Origin: an uncultured Clostridia bacterium
GTDB taxonomy: Bacteria; Bacillota; Clostridia; Tissierellales; Sedimentibacteraceae
Direction of reading: 5' to 3'
NCBI GenBank assembly: GCA_964546605.1
Contig: CAZJKK010000001.1
Location: forward strand, 3,042-67,041
DNA length: 64,000 nt
The notes under the pieces are model-generated. The model made no database searches. It saw only the letters and a list, made by a program, of their open reading frames with translations, and was not told the origin of the DNA. The translations under genes and the position numbers were made by a program. This document shows positions 51,375 through 60,164 of this stretch, one piece after another (within the stretch, counting starts at the first letter, position 1; every line of letters begins with the position of its first letter).

Positions 51375-52202
51375 ATGGAAAAACATGAAGAAGTAGAAAG
51401 AAGTATAGTTAAAAGATTTAGAAAAGATATATGGTCAAAATTTATATCAGCCATAAAGGAATATGAGCTTATTAAGGATGGAGACAAAATTGCAGTATGC
51501 ATTTCAGGTGGAAAGGACTCCATGCTTATGGCAAAATGCATGCAGCAGCTGCAAAAGTACAGTGAAATAAAATTTACAGCAGAATATATTGTCATGGATC
51601 CCGGCTATAATGAAGGGAACAGACAACTTATATTAGACAACGCAAAACTTTTAAACATTCCTATCAAAGTGTTTGATTCACAAATATATGATATAGTGGC
51701 AAATGTAGATGAAACTCCATGTTATCTTTGTGCAAGAATGAGAAGGGGATATTTGTATAGATATGCCAAAGAACTTGGCTGCAATAAAATTGCCCTTGGA
51801 CACCATTTTGATGATGTTATAGAAACAGTTTTAATGAGTACGTTGTATGCAGCAGAATTTAAAACCATGATGCCAAAGCTTAAAAGCACAAATCATGAAG
51901 GCATGGAGCTAATTAGACCCATGTACAAGGTTAGAGAAGAAGATATATTAGACTGGAAAAGATACAATGACCTTCAATTTATAAGATGCGCGTGCAGATT
52001 AACAGAAAATTGCGTGCTAGGGGATGATGGAATAGGATCCAAGCGTCAAGAAGTAAAAGCTCTAATTAAAAAACTTAGAGCAACAAATTCTCACGTGGAT
52101 GTAAATATTTTTAGAAGCATTCACAATGTTAACTTAGAAACTATTATAGGTTATAAAAAAGGTGGCATAAACCATAGCTTCTTGGATGATTATGATAATT
52201 AA
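51375..52202 (+). CDS. ttcA: tRNA 2-thiocytidine synthetase TtcA-family
   Basis: SGGKDS PP-loop, PCYLCARMRRG, GHHFDD, IRP. Confidence 0.85.
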   Translation: MEKHEEVERSIVKRFRKDIWSKFISAIKEYELIKDGDKIAVCISGGKDSMLMAKCMQQLQKYSEIKFTAEYIVMDPGYNEGNRQLILDNAKLLNIPIKVFDSQIYDIVANVDETPCYLCARMRRGYLYRYAKELGCNKIALGHHFDDVIETVLMSTLYAAEFKTMMPKLKSTNHEGMELIRPMYKVREEDILDWKRYNDLQFIRCACRLTENCVLGDDGIGSKRQEVKALIKKLRATNSHVDVNIFRSIHNVNLETIIGYKKGGINHSFLDDYDN

Positions 52203-52236
52203 CCATAAAAATAAAGCAGCTGAAAAATAAGCTGTT

Positions 52237-53607
52237 TTATTTTTTATGCATTTTTCCCCTAGCTAATGAAGCGAATATTCCTATGACACACAAAATGGTC
52301 ATTATGCTAAAAGTAATTTTTATAGAAGATAACATGCTTTCTGCATTCCCTGCACTGAAGGTCGCATTTCCCATATTAAGCGCTACAACCATGGAGGCGA
52401 TGCCCATGCTTAATGCCTGACCAACAGAACGAGCTGCTCCAATTATACCTGATGTAATACCATAATATCTTTTTTTTACAGTCGACATTATGGCGTTTGT
52501 ATTTGGTGATGAGAAAAATGCAAATCCAAATCCCAAAATGCTTAGCGCCAATACTAAGTAAGGAATATATGTAGTCTTCCTTAAAAACATAAAAAACGCA
52601 AGACCAAGTGCTGTTAATGTCATGCCAATAGATGCAACCTTTTGAGTTTCAAATTTATCAGATAATTTTCCCGCAAGTGGAGAAAATATTGCCATCATTG
52701 CAGGTTGAGCAATAAGCATAAGCCCTGCCTGTGATGGTTCAAATTCCTTTATATATTGTAAATACAGGCTTAAAAGATAACTGATTGCAAAGGTAGCACT
52801 GTAGTGTATAAGAGAAGCAAGCGTAGAAAAAATCAATACCTTGTTGTTATTAAAGATTTTCATGTCTAAAATTGGCTGGCTGATTTTCTTTTCATAAGCC
52901 ACAAAAATAAATATTGCTGCAATGCCAGCTATTATTATAAAAGGTCCATATGAACTTCGTATGGACGATAAGCCTAGAATAATTCCAAAAAGTGATACTC
53001 CATAAATAAGGGAACCAATGTAATCAATTTTTTCTCCCTTTGCTTCTGTCCATTCCTGATTTAATTTTAGTAGTGAAATAGTAACTAAAATAGCTATTAG
53101 GGCTACAATTAAGAAAATACTTCTCCAGCCAAAATACTTAGTTAAAAGTCCTCCAATGTATGGACCTGCAGAAAGACCTAAATAAGTCATAGAAACATTT
53201 AATCCAAGTGCCTTGCCTCTTGAACCAGCAGGGAATACAGAGGTTAATATGGAAACAACCGTAACAGAAATGGCAGCTGCACAAATCCCTTGAATAGTTC
53301 TGCCAAGTGTTAGCATCCATACATCTAGGGAAGCCCAGCATAGTATCGTTGCTGCGGAAAATGCAAACATACCTATAATAAGAAGCTTTTTTCTTCCAAC
53401 TATATCTGCCAGCCTTCCAAAAGGTAAAACAAAAATAGCAGTAGCCAGTGTAAATGATAAAACAATCAAATTAAGCATTTCTATGCTAATCATAAATTCA
53501 CTTCTGATAGTTGGAAGAGCAATATTTACCGCAGAGGTCATAAACGGTACTATAAATGCTCCAAAGCTTGTTGAAATTATTATAATTTTGTTTGTGTTGC
53601 CTTCCAT
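52237..53607 (-). CDS. MFS drug:H+ antiporter (DHA2, 14 TM)
   Basis: VNIALP, GRLAD..GRK, RGKALG, GP.IGG, SSPN. Confidence 0.9.
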   Translation of the reverse strand: MEGNTNKIIIISTSFGAFIVPFMTSAVNIALPTIRSEFMISIEMLNLIVLSFTLATAIFVLPFGRLADIVGRKKLLIIGMFAFSAATILCWASLDVWMLTLGRTIQGICAAAISVTVVSILTSVFPAGSRGKALGLNVSMTYLGLSAGPYIGGLLTKYFGWRSIFLIVALIAILVTISLLKLNQEWTEAKGEKIDYIGSLIYGVSLFGIILGLSSIRSSYGPFIIIAGIAAIFIFVAYEKKISQPILDMKIFNNNKVLIFSTLASLIHYSATFAISYLLSLYLQYIKEFEPSQAGLMLIAQPAMMAIFSPLAGKLSDKFETQKVASIGMTLTALGLAFFMFLRKTTYIPYLVLALSILGFGFAFFSSPNTNAIMSTVKKRYYGITSGIIGAARSVGQALSMGIASMVVALNMGNATFSAGNAESMLSSIKITFSIMTILCVIGIFASLARGKMHKK

Positions 53608-53748
53608 ATAAATCCCTTTCTAGTTATAAATTGATTTGATTATGTTGATTTTATTTAATTATAATATATAAAAATTAATTTATCAATTATGTTAAAATAT
53701 CCATATAATAAATGAAGTATATGTTATTTATTATAGAAATTATTTTAA

Positions 53749-53776
53749 TTGCAAAATACTCGTTGTATGGTATAAT
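53749..53776 (+). promoter_or_regulatory. orphan sigmaA-like promoter pointing antisense into the small membrane gene
   Basis: TTGCAA-16 bp-TATAAT with extended TG; only a 22-codon weak-RBS ORF follows. Confidence 0.5.
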
Positions 53777-53818
53777 TTTTATAATTAGGGCTTAAGAAGC
53801 TATGGTAAAGAAGGAAAA

Positions 53819-53848
53819 CAAAAGACCTTTCACGGCATTGAAAGGTCC
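53819..53848 (-). terminator. terminator of the small membrane gene
   Basis: GACCTTTCA-N6-TGAAAGGTC with the A run on the left (T run on minus). Confidence 0.75.
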
Positions 53849-53866
53849 TATAGTTTGTAATGGAGT

Positions 53867-54061
53867 TTAATTTGATTCGTTTTCTTTTTTCGATGGTTCA
53901 GGTTTTTTCTTGAGAAATAGGATATTTATCATAACACCTAATCCTATACCAACAGCTACTAGGAAAAATCTTGTAGCACCATTAGCTTCTGGTCCTAGCA
54001 TTGGAGTTACAAAAAATGCAATAACTGCTAACAAAACTGGAAATATAAAATATTTTATCAT
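53867..54061 (-). CDS. small two-TM membrane protein (64 aa)
   Basis: RBS AGGAGGTG; MIKYFIFPVLLAVIAFF...FFLVAVGIGLGVMINILFLKKKPEPSKKENESN. Confidence 0.8.
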   Translation of the reverse strand: MIKYFIFPVLLAVIAFFVTPMLGPEANGATRFFLVAVGIGLGVMINILFLKKKPEPSKKENESN

Positions 54062-54108
54062 ATAAGTCACCTCCTTCTGATAATATTCTATCTAAATATG
54101 AGACAGAC

Positions 54109-54305
54109 AAAAAAAAGATAGCCATAAATGGTATCCTTTTTTTTAATATAAAAATTATTTCTCAAAACAAAAAAGATAACCATTTGGCTATCCACCCTGA
54201 TAGTCTAATCTCACATAAGAACGTCATATCTAAAGACTTAGACGACTTACTCCGCAATAATCGTTTTCACAATTATTGCTTTGACCGTTTCTATTTATCT
54301 TTCTA
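54109..54305 (-). ncRNA. candidate orphan riboswitch / structured leader RNA with tandem terminators
   Basis: 11-bp stem with GAAA loop (54254-54279), CUAAG/UAUG receptor stem (54216-54249), closing GGUC/GACU, terminators at 54169-54193 and 54109-54144. Confidence 0.7.
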
Positions 54306-54310
54306 CAATT

Positions 54311-54339
54311 ATTATATTGCTAATACTAAAAAATGTCAA
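54311..54339 (-). promoter_or_regulatory. sigmaA promoter of the structured RNA
   Basis: perfect TTGACA-17 bp-TATAAT on the minus strand. Confidence 0.85.
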
Positions 54340-54527
54340 CGTTTTTTTAAACCGTTTATTTTCACTAAAGTTTGAAGCATTGAATTATATTTGATTAATG
54401 GAATACTTTGTAATATAATGAAAAAATACTTGGAAATTGTATTTTGCTATGGAAACAAGATTGTATATAGATGTTGCTATATCAGGATGAATAACATATA
54501 TGAATGTTTGAAAATTTGGGGTAAAAC

Positions 54528-54827
54528 ATGAAAAAGAAATTAATTTTTCTTATATTATTTTTTAGCTTTATATTGCTTACAGCGTGCAATTCCAGAAAAG
54601 ATATTAAGCATACAAACGAAAAGGATATGCTTAAATACGTGAAAAATACAATTGATGAAAATGTTTCATTTGTTGAAGTTAACAAAAATGATAATGACAG
54701 ATGGATTTATGTATTTAATTTGGATGACAGAAATATTACATTCAAAGTTTTTTCGTCAATTAGTGCATTTTCTATGCTCTATTATTCATTACAGATTATT
54801 TCTGTTTTGATAATAGAGCATTTATAA
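54528..54827 (+). pseudogene. probably truncated lipoprotein
   Basis: Signal peptide + LTAC lipobox; the last codons run through an inverted repeat (ATGCTCTATTAT/ATAATAGAGCAT) and look non-native. Confidence 0.45.
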
Positions 54828-54929
54828 TGTGAAATATATTTACGGATATTGAAAAAAATCCATTTTATCTATATAGTGTATTATAGCTGCATCAAGGTTA
54901 TGAGAATATAATTAACGAGGAGAAAGATA

Positions 54930-55418
54930 ATGAATATTAAAATAAAAAAAGTATCCACAGAAGATTTAGAAGCCGTAGCAGAAGTGGAAGCAAGATGTTT
55001 TCCAGAGGCAGAAGCTGCTACGAAATCATTATTAGAACAACGAATAAAGACATTTTCAGATAGTTTTTTTGTAGCAGAAATTGATGAAAATATAATTGGT
55101 TTTATTAATGGGTGTGTAACTAATGAAAAGACTATTTATGATGAACTATTCAGTGATGCCAATCTTCACATTCCAAATGGAGATTATCAGGCCATTTTTG
55201 GACTTGATGTTATTCCTGAATATCGTAATCAAGGAATTGCAGCACAATTAATGAATCATATGATAGAAGTATCAAGATTAGCCGGTCGAAAAGGTGTTAT
55301 TTTAACCTGCAAAGAAAAGCTCATTCATTACTATTCAAAGTTTGGGTTTGAAAATAAAGGTGTTTCAAAATCTCAGCATGGCGGCAGCGTGTGGTATGAT
55401 ATGATTTTAGAGTTTTAA
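54930..55418 (+). CDS. GNAT-family N-acetyltransferase
   Basis: E..CFP.AEAA, GFING, GLDV.PEYRNQGIA, LTCK..LIHYY.KFGF. Confidence 0.9.
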   Translation: MNIKIKKVSTEDLEAVAEVEARCFPEAEAATKSLLEQRIKTFSDSFFVAEIDENIIGFINGCVTNEKTIYDELFSDANLHIPNGDYQAIFGLDVIPEYRNQGIAAQLMNHMIEVSRLAGRKGVILTCKEKLIHYYSKFGFENKGVSKSQHGGSVWYDMILEF

Positions 55419-55650
55419 TATATATCCAAGCACTGCATGAATAATTGCATTTTTTAGTAAAGTATAATAAATGTTGAAATACAAGCGATTATTTATGTTT
55501 TTTAAAAGGAATTTGCAAATATATCTGCATTTCGTCGACGTTAGTGGCAACATGGTCGAAAATATTTCTTATAATTATGCAGAAATTATTAGTCATATAT
55601 GTTTTGGTAAATTATTATATGTAATGAAAATAAAAATGTGCTAAAATTAT

Positions 55651-55685
55651 AAAAAACAAGAGTTTGGGCAGACACCCAAACTCTT
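55651..55685 (-). terminator. terminator of ychF
   Basis: AAGAGTTTGGG-N6-CCCAAACTCTT with the A run on the left. Confidence 0.75.
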
Positions 55686-55701
55686 TAACTGTAATTGAGT
55701 T

Positions 55702-56793
55702 TTATACATTAAATCTAAACAAAACTATATCGCCGTCTTGCATTACATATTCTTTTCCTTCTAATCGCATTAAGCCTTTTTCTTTAACAGCCTGCATAGT
55801 GCCTAATTCTTCTACATCCTTGAAAGATGTTACTTCTGCTCTTATGAAGCCTCTTTCAATGTCAGAGTGGATTTTACCTGCAGCTTGTGGAGCTTTTGTG
55901 CCTTTAACTATGGTCCATGCTCTTGATTCCATTGGGCCTGTAGTAAAGTAAGAAATTAATCCCAGCAAGTGGTAGCTTGTTCTAATAAGCTTATCAAGAC
56001 CTGATTCTTCCAAGCCTAATTCATGGAGGAATTCTTTCTTTTCTTCATCTTCTAACACGGAAATTTCTTCTTCAATTTTACCGCATACAGTTATTACTTC
56101 AGAGCCATCCTGTTCTGCATGTTTTTTTACTATATCAACATACTTGTTTGTAGAAGGGTTTGCGATGTAGTTTTCATCTACATTTGCTACATACAATACA
56201 GGCTTTGCAGTAATCAAATTAAATGTTTTAAGCATTTTTTGTTCTTCTTCTGTGTATTCCAAAAATCTTGCTTGCTTTTCATCTTCAAGTGCATTTACAA
56301 TTTTTTGCACTAGTTCAAGCTCTGGCTGAAGAGATTTATCATTCTTAGCCATCTTTGTAAGCTTTTCCAGTCTTTTAGTCATTACCTCTAAATCAGCTAA
56401 AACAAGCTCAAGTTCGATTATTTCTATGTCTCTTTTTGGATCTACTGTACTTTCAACGTGTATAACATTTTCGTCATCAAAGCATCTTACTACATGTACA
56501 ACTGATTCTACTTCTCTTATATGAGAAAGGAACTTATTTCCTAAGCCTTCACCTTTGCTTGCACCTTTAACAAGACCAGCTATATCAAAAAACTCTATTA
56601 CTGCAGGAACTGTCTTTCCTGAATTGCTCATTTTTGTTAAGAAATCTAATCTTTTATCAGGAACCTCCACAACTCCTACATTGGGCTCTATAGTACAAAA
56701 TGGATAATTTGCAGATTCAGCTCCTGCTGAAGTTATTGCATTAAATAATGTACTTTTGCCTACGTTTGGAAGTCCAACTATACCTAATTTCAT
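55702..56793 (-). CDS. ychF: redox-regulated ATPase YchF
   Basis: GIVGLPNVGKSTLFN, NYPFCTIEPN, DIAGLV.GAS.GEGLGNKFL, EGKEY.MQDGD..LFRFNV. Confidence 0.98.
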   Translation of the reverse strand: MKLGIVGLPNVGKSTLFNAITSAGAESANYPFCTIEPNVGVVEVPDKRLDFLTKMSNSGKTVPAVIEFFDIAGLVKGASKGEGLGNKFLSHIREVESVVHVVRCFDDENVIHVESTVDPKRDIEIIELELVLADLEVMTKRLEKLTKMAKNDKSLQPELELVQKIVNALEDEKQARFLEYTEEEQKMLKTFNLITAKPVLYVANVDENYIANPSTNKYVDIVKKHAEQDGSEVITVCGKIEEEISVLEDEEKKEFLHELGLEESGLDKLIRTSYHLLGLISYFTTGPMESRAWTIVKGTKAPQAAGKIHSDIERGFIRAEVTSFKDVEELGTMQAVKEKGLMRLEGKEYVMQDGDIVLFRFNV

Positions 56794-56961
56794 AAAACCT
56801 GTTCCGTCCTTTCGTTTCTAACACTACCAATTTTGTTCAAATTATTATATAACATAAAAATTTAAACTTCAACTGTATATTTTTAAACTTTACAAGCATA
56901 TATTATTATCATATGAATAATATTTTATATATAAGACAAATTATAGGGGGAAAAGGTCATT

Positions 56962-57660
56962 ATGAACGACAAACAGATGCAGTCAAATTATATAAGGATA
57001 GTCGGAAAAATTAACAGTACTTTAGATTTCAGTCATGAGGTTTTTGGAGAAAAGTTTTATGAATTTATTTTAGAAGTACCAAGATTAAGTGATGCAAAGG
57101 ATTTGCTGCCTGTTATAATATCCGAAAGATTAATTAACGACATTGATATGAGTATTGGAAATTTTATTGTTATTGATGGTCAATTCAGATCTTATAATAG
57201 ATATGAAGATACATGCAATAAATTGCTATTGAGGGTATTTGTAAGAGATATTATGGTACCGGATGAACTAGAATTAGAAGAATTGAAAAGACATCCTAAT
57301 GAAGTATTCCTTAATGGATATTTGTGCAAAGATACAAAATTTAGAACTACTCCTTTCGGCAGAGAAATAACAGACATGCTTATTGCAGTAAACAGATCAT
57401 ACAACAAATCCGACTATATACCTTGCATAGCTTGGGGGAGAAATGCCAGATATTGTGAAAAACTAGAGGTTGGAGATCATATTAAAATATGGGGCCGAAT
57501 TCAAAGCAGAAAGTATCAAAAAAGAAATGAAAAGGAAGAATATGAAACTAAGACAGCTTATGAGGTTTCAGTTTCAAAACTAGAACACATAAAAACAGAA
57601 AACAACAGAAAACGTGAAGATGAAGAAGATTATGAAGAAGAATTAGAGCAATCATTTTAA
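56962..57660 (+). CDS. clostridial tandem-OB-fold single-stranded DNA-binding protein
   Basis: FSHEVFGEKFY, RLSD, GQFRSYN, RTTPFGREI.D, KSDYIPCIAWGRNA, GRIQSR. Confidence 0.88.
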   Translation: MNDKQMQSNYIRIVGKINSTLDFSHEVFGEKFYEFILEVPRLSDAKDLLPVIISERLINDIDMSIGNFIVIDGQFRSYNRYEDTCNKLLLRVFVRDIMVPDELELEELKRHPNEVFLNGYLCKDTKFRTTPFGREITDMLIAVNRSYNKSDYIPCIAWGRNARYCEKLEVGDHIKIWGRIQSRKYQKRNEKEEYETKTAYEVSVSKLEHIKTENNRKREDEEDYEEELEQSF

Positions 57661-57689
57661 TAAATATAATAAAAAACGAAACCTGAAAT

Positions 57690-57738
57690 AAGTGCACCCC
57701 AAAAGTTAGACAATAAATCTAACTTTTGGAGGTGCATT
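57690..57738. mobile_element. IS3/IS150-like terminal-repeat remnant (no transposase)
   Basis: GTGCACCCCAAAAGTTAGACA...TCTAACTTTTGGAGGTGCA palindrome resembling IS3-family ends. Confidence 0.55.
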
Positions 57739-57967
57739 TTTAAAGGTTTACCAATAGTCTTACATATTTATTTAAAATCTATTTCAAATTTCTATAATAT
57801 TATGTTACAATAATAATTATTAAATATAACGAGGTAATGATATTATTGCTTTTATAAGTAGTGGATACTTTTTAATTGACAAGTGGGTTTTTTAATCATT
57901 TACCTCGTTGAAGTGGTGTGAGGCAATTGCTATGCAATTGCTTCCTATACTTGAAAGGAAAATAAGA

Positions 57968-60142
57968 ATGATTTTAGTATTAGCAGAAAAACCATCAGTT
58001 GGTAAAGATATAGGAAAAGTTTTAAAATGCAATAAAAGTGGAAATGGCTATGTGGAAGGCAATGAATATATAGTTACTTGGGCTCTTGGTCATTTGGTAA
58101 CTCTTTCTGAGCCTGAAGGCTATGATGCAAAATATGCTCAGTGGAACTTAGAGGACTTGCCAATAATTCCAAAGAAAATGAAGACAGAAGTCATAAAACA
58201 AACAAGAAAGCAATATGGCGTCGTTAAAGGCCTTTTGCACAGAAAAGATGTACAAGAAATTGTAATTGCAACAGATGCCGGAAGAGAAGGTGAGCTTGTT
58301 GCCCGCTGGATTTTAGAACAAGCAAATGTTAAAAAGCCTGTAAAAAGACTTTGGATTTCATCAGTTACTGACAAGGCAATATTGGACGGCTTCAAAAGCC
58401 TTAAAGACGGAAGTTTATATTACAATTTGTATCAATCAGCTGTAGCTCGTTCTGAAGCAGATTGGATTGTTGGAATAAATGCAACAAGAGCATTAACATC
58501 TAAATACAATGCACAGCTTTCCTGCGGAAGGGTGCAAACCCCTACTGTGGCCATGATTGCTGCATTAGAAGATGAAATACGTAACTTTAAGCCTGTACAA
58601 TATTATGGTATTGATGCAGTTGCAGGAGGCTATAAATTTATATGGCAGGATGCCAATAATGACACTAAAACTTTTGACAAGGATAAGTGCCAAAACATTA
58701 TAAATAATTTAAAATCAAAAAAGCTAGAAATAACAGACATATCAAGAAATAAAGCATTCACACAAGCGCCTTTATTATATGATTTAACAGAGTTGCAAAG
58801 AGATGCAAGCAATATTTACGGGTTTTCAGCCAAGGAAACATTAAACACAATGCAAACACTGTATGAGCGCCACAAGGTTCTTACCTATCCAAGGACAGAT
58901 TCAAGATATTTATCTGAAGATATAGTAGAAACATTAAAAGACAGGGTAAAGGCAGTAAGTGTTGGGCCATATGCAAAAATAGGATTTAAAATAAGCTCAA
59001 ACCCTATTAAATCAAATAAAAACTTTGTTAACAACTCAAAGGTTTCAGACCATCATGCAATCATACCTACAGAGCAAACTGTATTTTTAGGAGATTTGTC
59101 TGATAAAGAAAGAAAAATTTACGATCTGGTTGTAAAAAGATTTCTTGCTGTATTATCAAAACCCTTTGAATTTGAAAAAATAATTATTAAGGGTAAAATT
59201 GCAAATGAGATGTTTCAATCTAAGGGCAGAATTACATTGTCCATGGGTTGGAAGGAGGTTTATGGCAATTATGAGGATGAAGAAATCCTAGATGATTATC
59301 CAATAGACCAACTACATGCTTTAAAAAATGGAAAAGAGTTAGAAGTTTCGGCTATTAAGGAAACTGTGGGTGAAACAAAGCCTCCAGCAAGGTTTACAGA
59401 AGCCAGCCTTTTGTCAGCCATGGAAAATCCTGTTAAGTTCATGAAAAATGCTGATAGGGATTTAAAAAAGACTATTGGTGAAACCGGCGGCTTAGGAACA
59501 GTTGCAACTAGAGCAGATATAATTGATAAGCTTTTTAACTCTTATGTTATTGAAAAAAGGGATAAATATATTTACACAACTTCAAAGGGCAGACAGCTTT
59601 TGGATTTATCTCCCACAGATTTAAAATCTCCTGTTCTTACTGCAAAATGGGAACAGCAGCTAAACGATATAGCAAAGGGTAAAACAAGCAAAAATGATTT
59701 CTTAAATGAAATGATTGATTATACAAAGACTGTAGTAAAAGAAATAAAAACCAGCGATAAGAAATTCGTCCACGACAATGAAACAAAACAAAAGTGTCCT
59801 GATTGTGGCAGCTATCTTTTAGAGGTTAACGGCAAAAGAGGAGTAACCCTTGTGTGTCAAAACCGAGAATGCGGATTTAAAAAGGGAATTGCACAAGTAA
59901 CAAATGCAAGATGCCCAAATTGCCATAAAAAACTTGAACTTCGTGGCGAGGGAGAAGGAAAAATATTTGTGTGCAAATGTGGCTACAGAGAAAAACTCTC
60001 TGCATTTACCAAGAGAAGGGAAAATGAGCAAACCTCTATTTCTAAAAAGGAAGCAACAAGGTACCTTTCAAGACAGGATAAAAAGCAGGATGAAAATATA
60101 AATACAGCATTAGCAGATGCTTTAGCAAAACTAAAGCTTTAA
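57968..60142 (+). CDS. topB: DNA topoisomerase III
   Basis: LAEKPSV, ATDAGREGE, GRVQTP, TYPRTDS, GLGT.ATR, C-terminal Zn ribbons. Confidence 0.95.
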   Translation: MILVLAEKPSVGKDIGKVLKCNKSGNGYVEGNEYIVTWALGHLVTLSEPEGYDAKYAQWNLEDLPIIPKKMKTEVIKQTRKQYGVVKGLLHRKDVQEIVIATDAGREGELVARWILEQANVKKPVKRLWISSVTDKAILDGFKSLKDGSLYYNLYQSAVARSEADWIVGINATRALTSKYNAQLSCGRVQTPTVAMIAALEDEIRNFKPVQYYGIDAVAGGYKFIWQDANNDTKTFDKDKCQNIINNLKSKKLEITDISRNKAFTQAPLLYDLTELQRDASNIYGFSAKETLNTMQTLYERHKVLTYPRTDSRYLSEDIVETLKDRVKAVSVGPYAKIGFKISSNPIKSNKNFVNNSKVSDHHAIIPTEQTVFLGDLSDKERKIYDLVVKRFLAVLSKPFEFEKIIIKGKIANEMFQSKGRITLSMGWKEVYGNYEDEEILDDYPIDQLHALKNGKELEVSAIKETVGETKPPARFTEASLLSAMENPVKFMKNADRDLKKTIGETGGLGTVATRADIIDKLFNSYVIEKRDKYIYTTSKGRQLLDLSPTDLKSPVLTAKWEQQLNDIAKGKTSKNDFLNEMIDYTKTVVKEIKTSDKKFVHDNETKQKCPDCGSYLLEVNGKRGVTLVCQNRECGFKKGIAQVTNARCPNCHKKLELRGEGEGKIFVCKCGYREKLSAFTKRRENEQTSISKKEATRYLSRQDKKQDENINTALADALAKLKL

Positions 60143-60164
60143 ACTATATAATTTGAGGTGTATT

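Noticed and set aside
54200-54290. Calling the structured RNA a canonical c-di-GMP-I riboswitch
   Set aside because: The architecture matches but the conserved GGCAAAC/GACGCAAAG ligand-pocket sequence is absent, so it is reported as an orphan/variant
54184-54375. 63-aa plus-strand ORF
   Set aside because: TTG start, no RBS, and it is antisense to the structured RNA and its promoter
55525-55560. GC-rich patch with a CGTCGACG palindrome as a possible att site
   Set aside because: No partner repeat or recombinase in the window; cannot be supported
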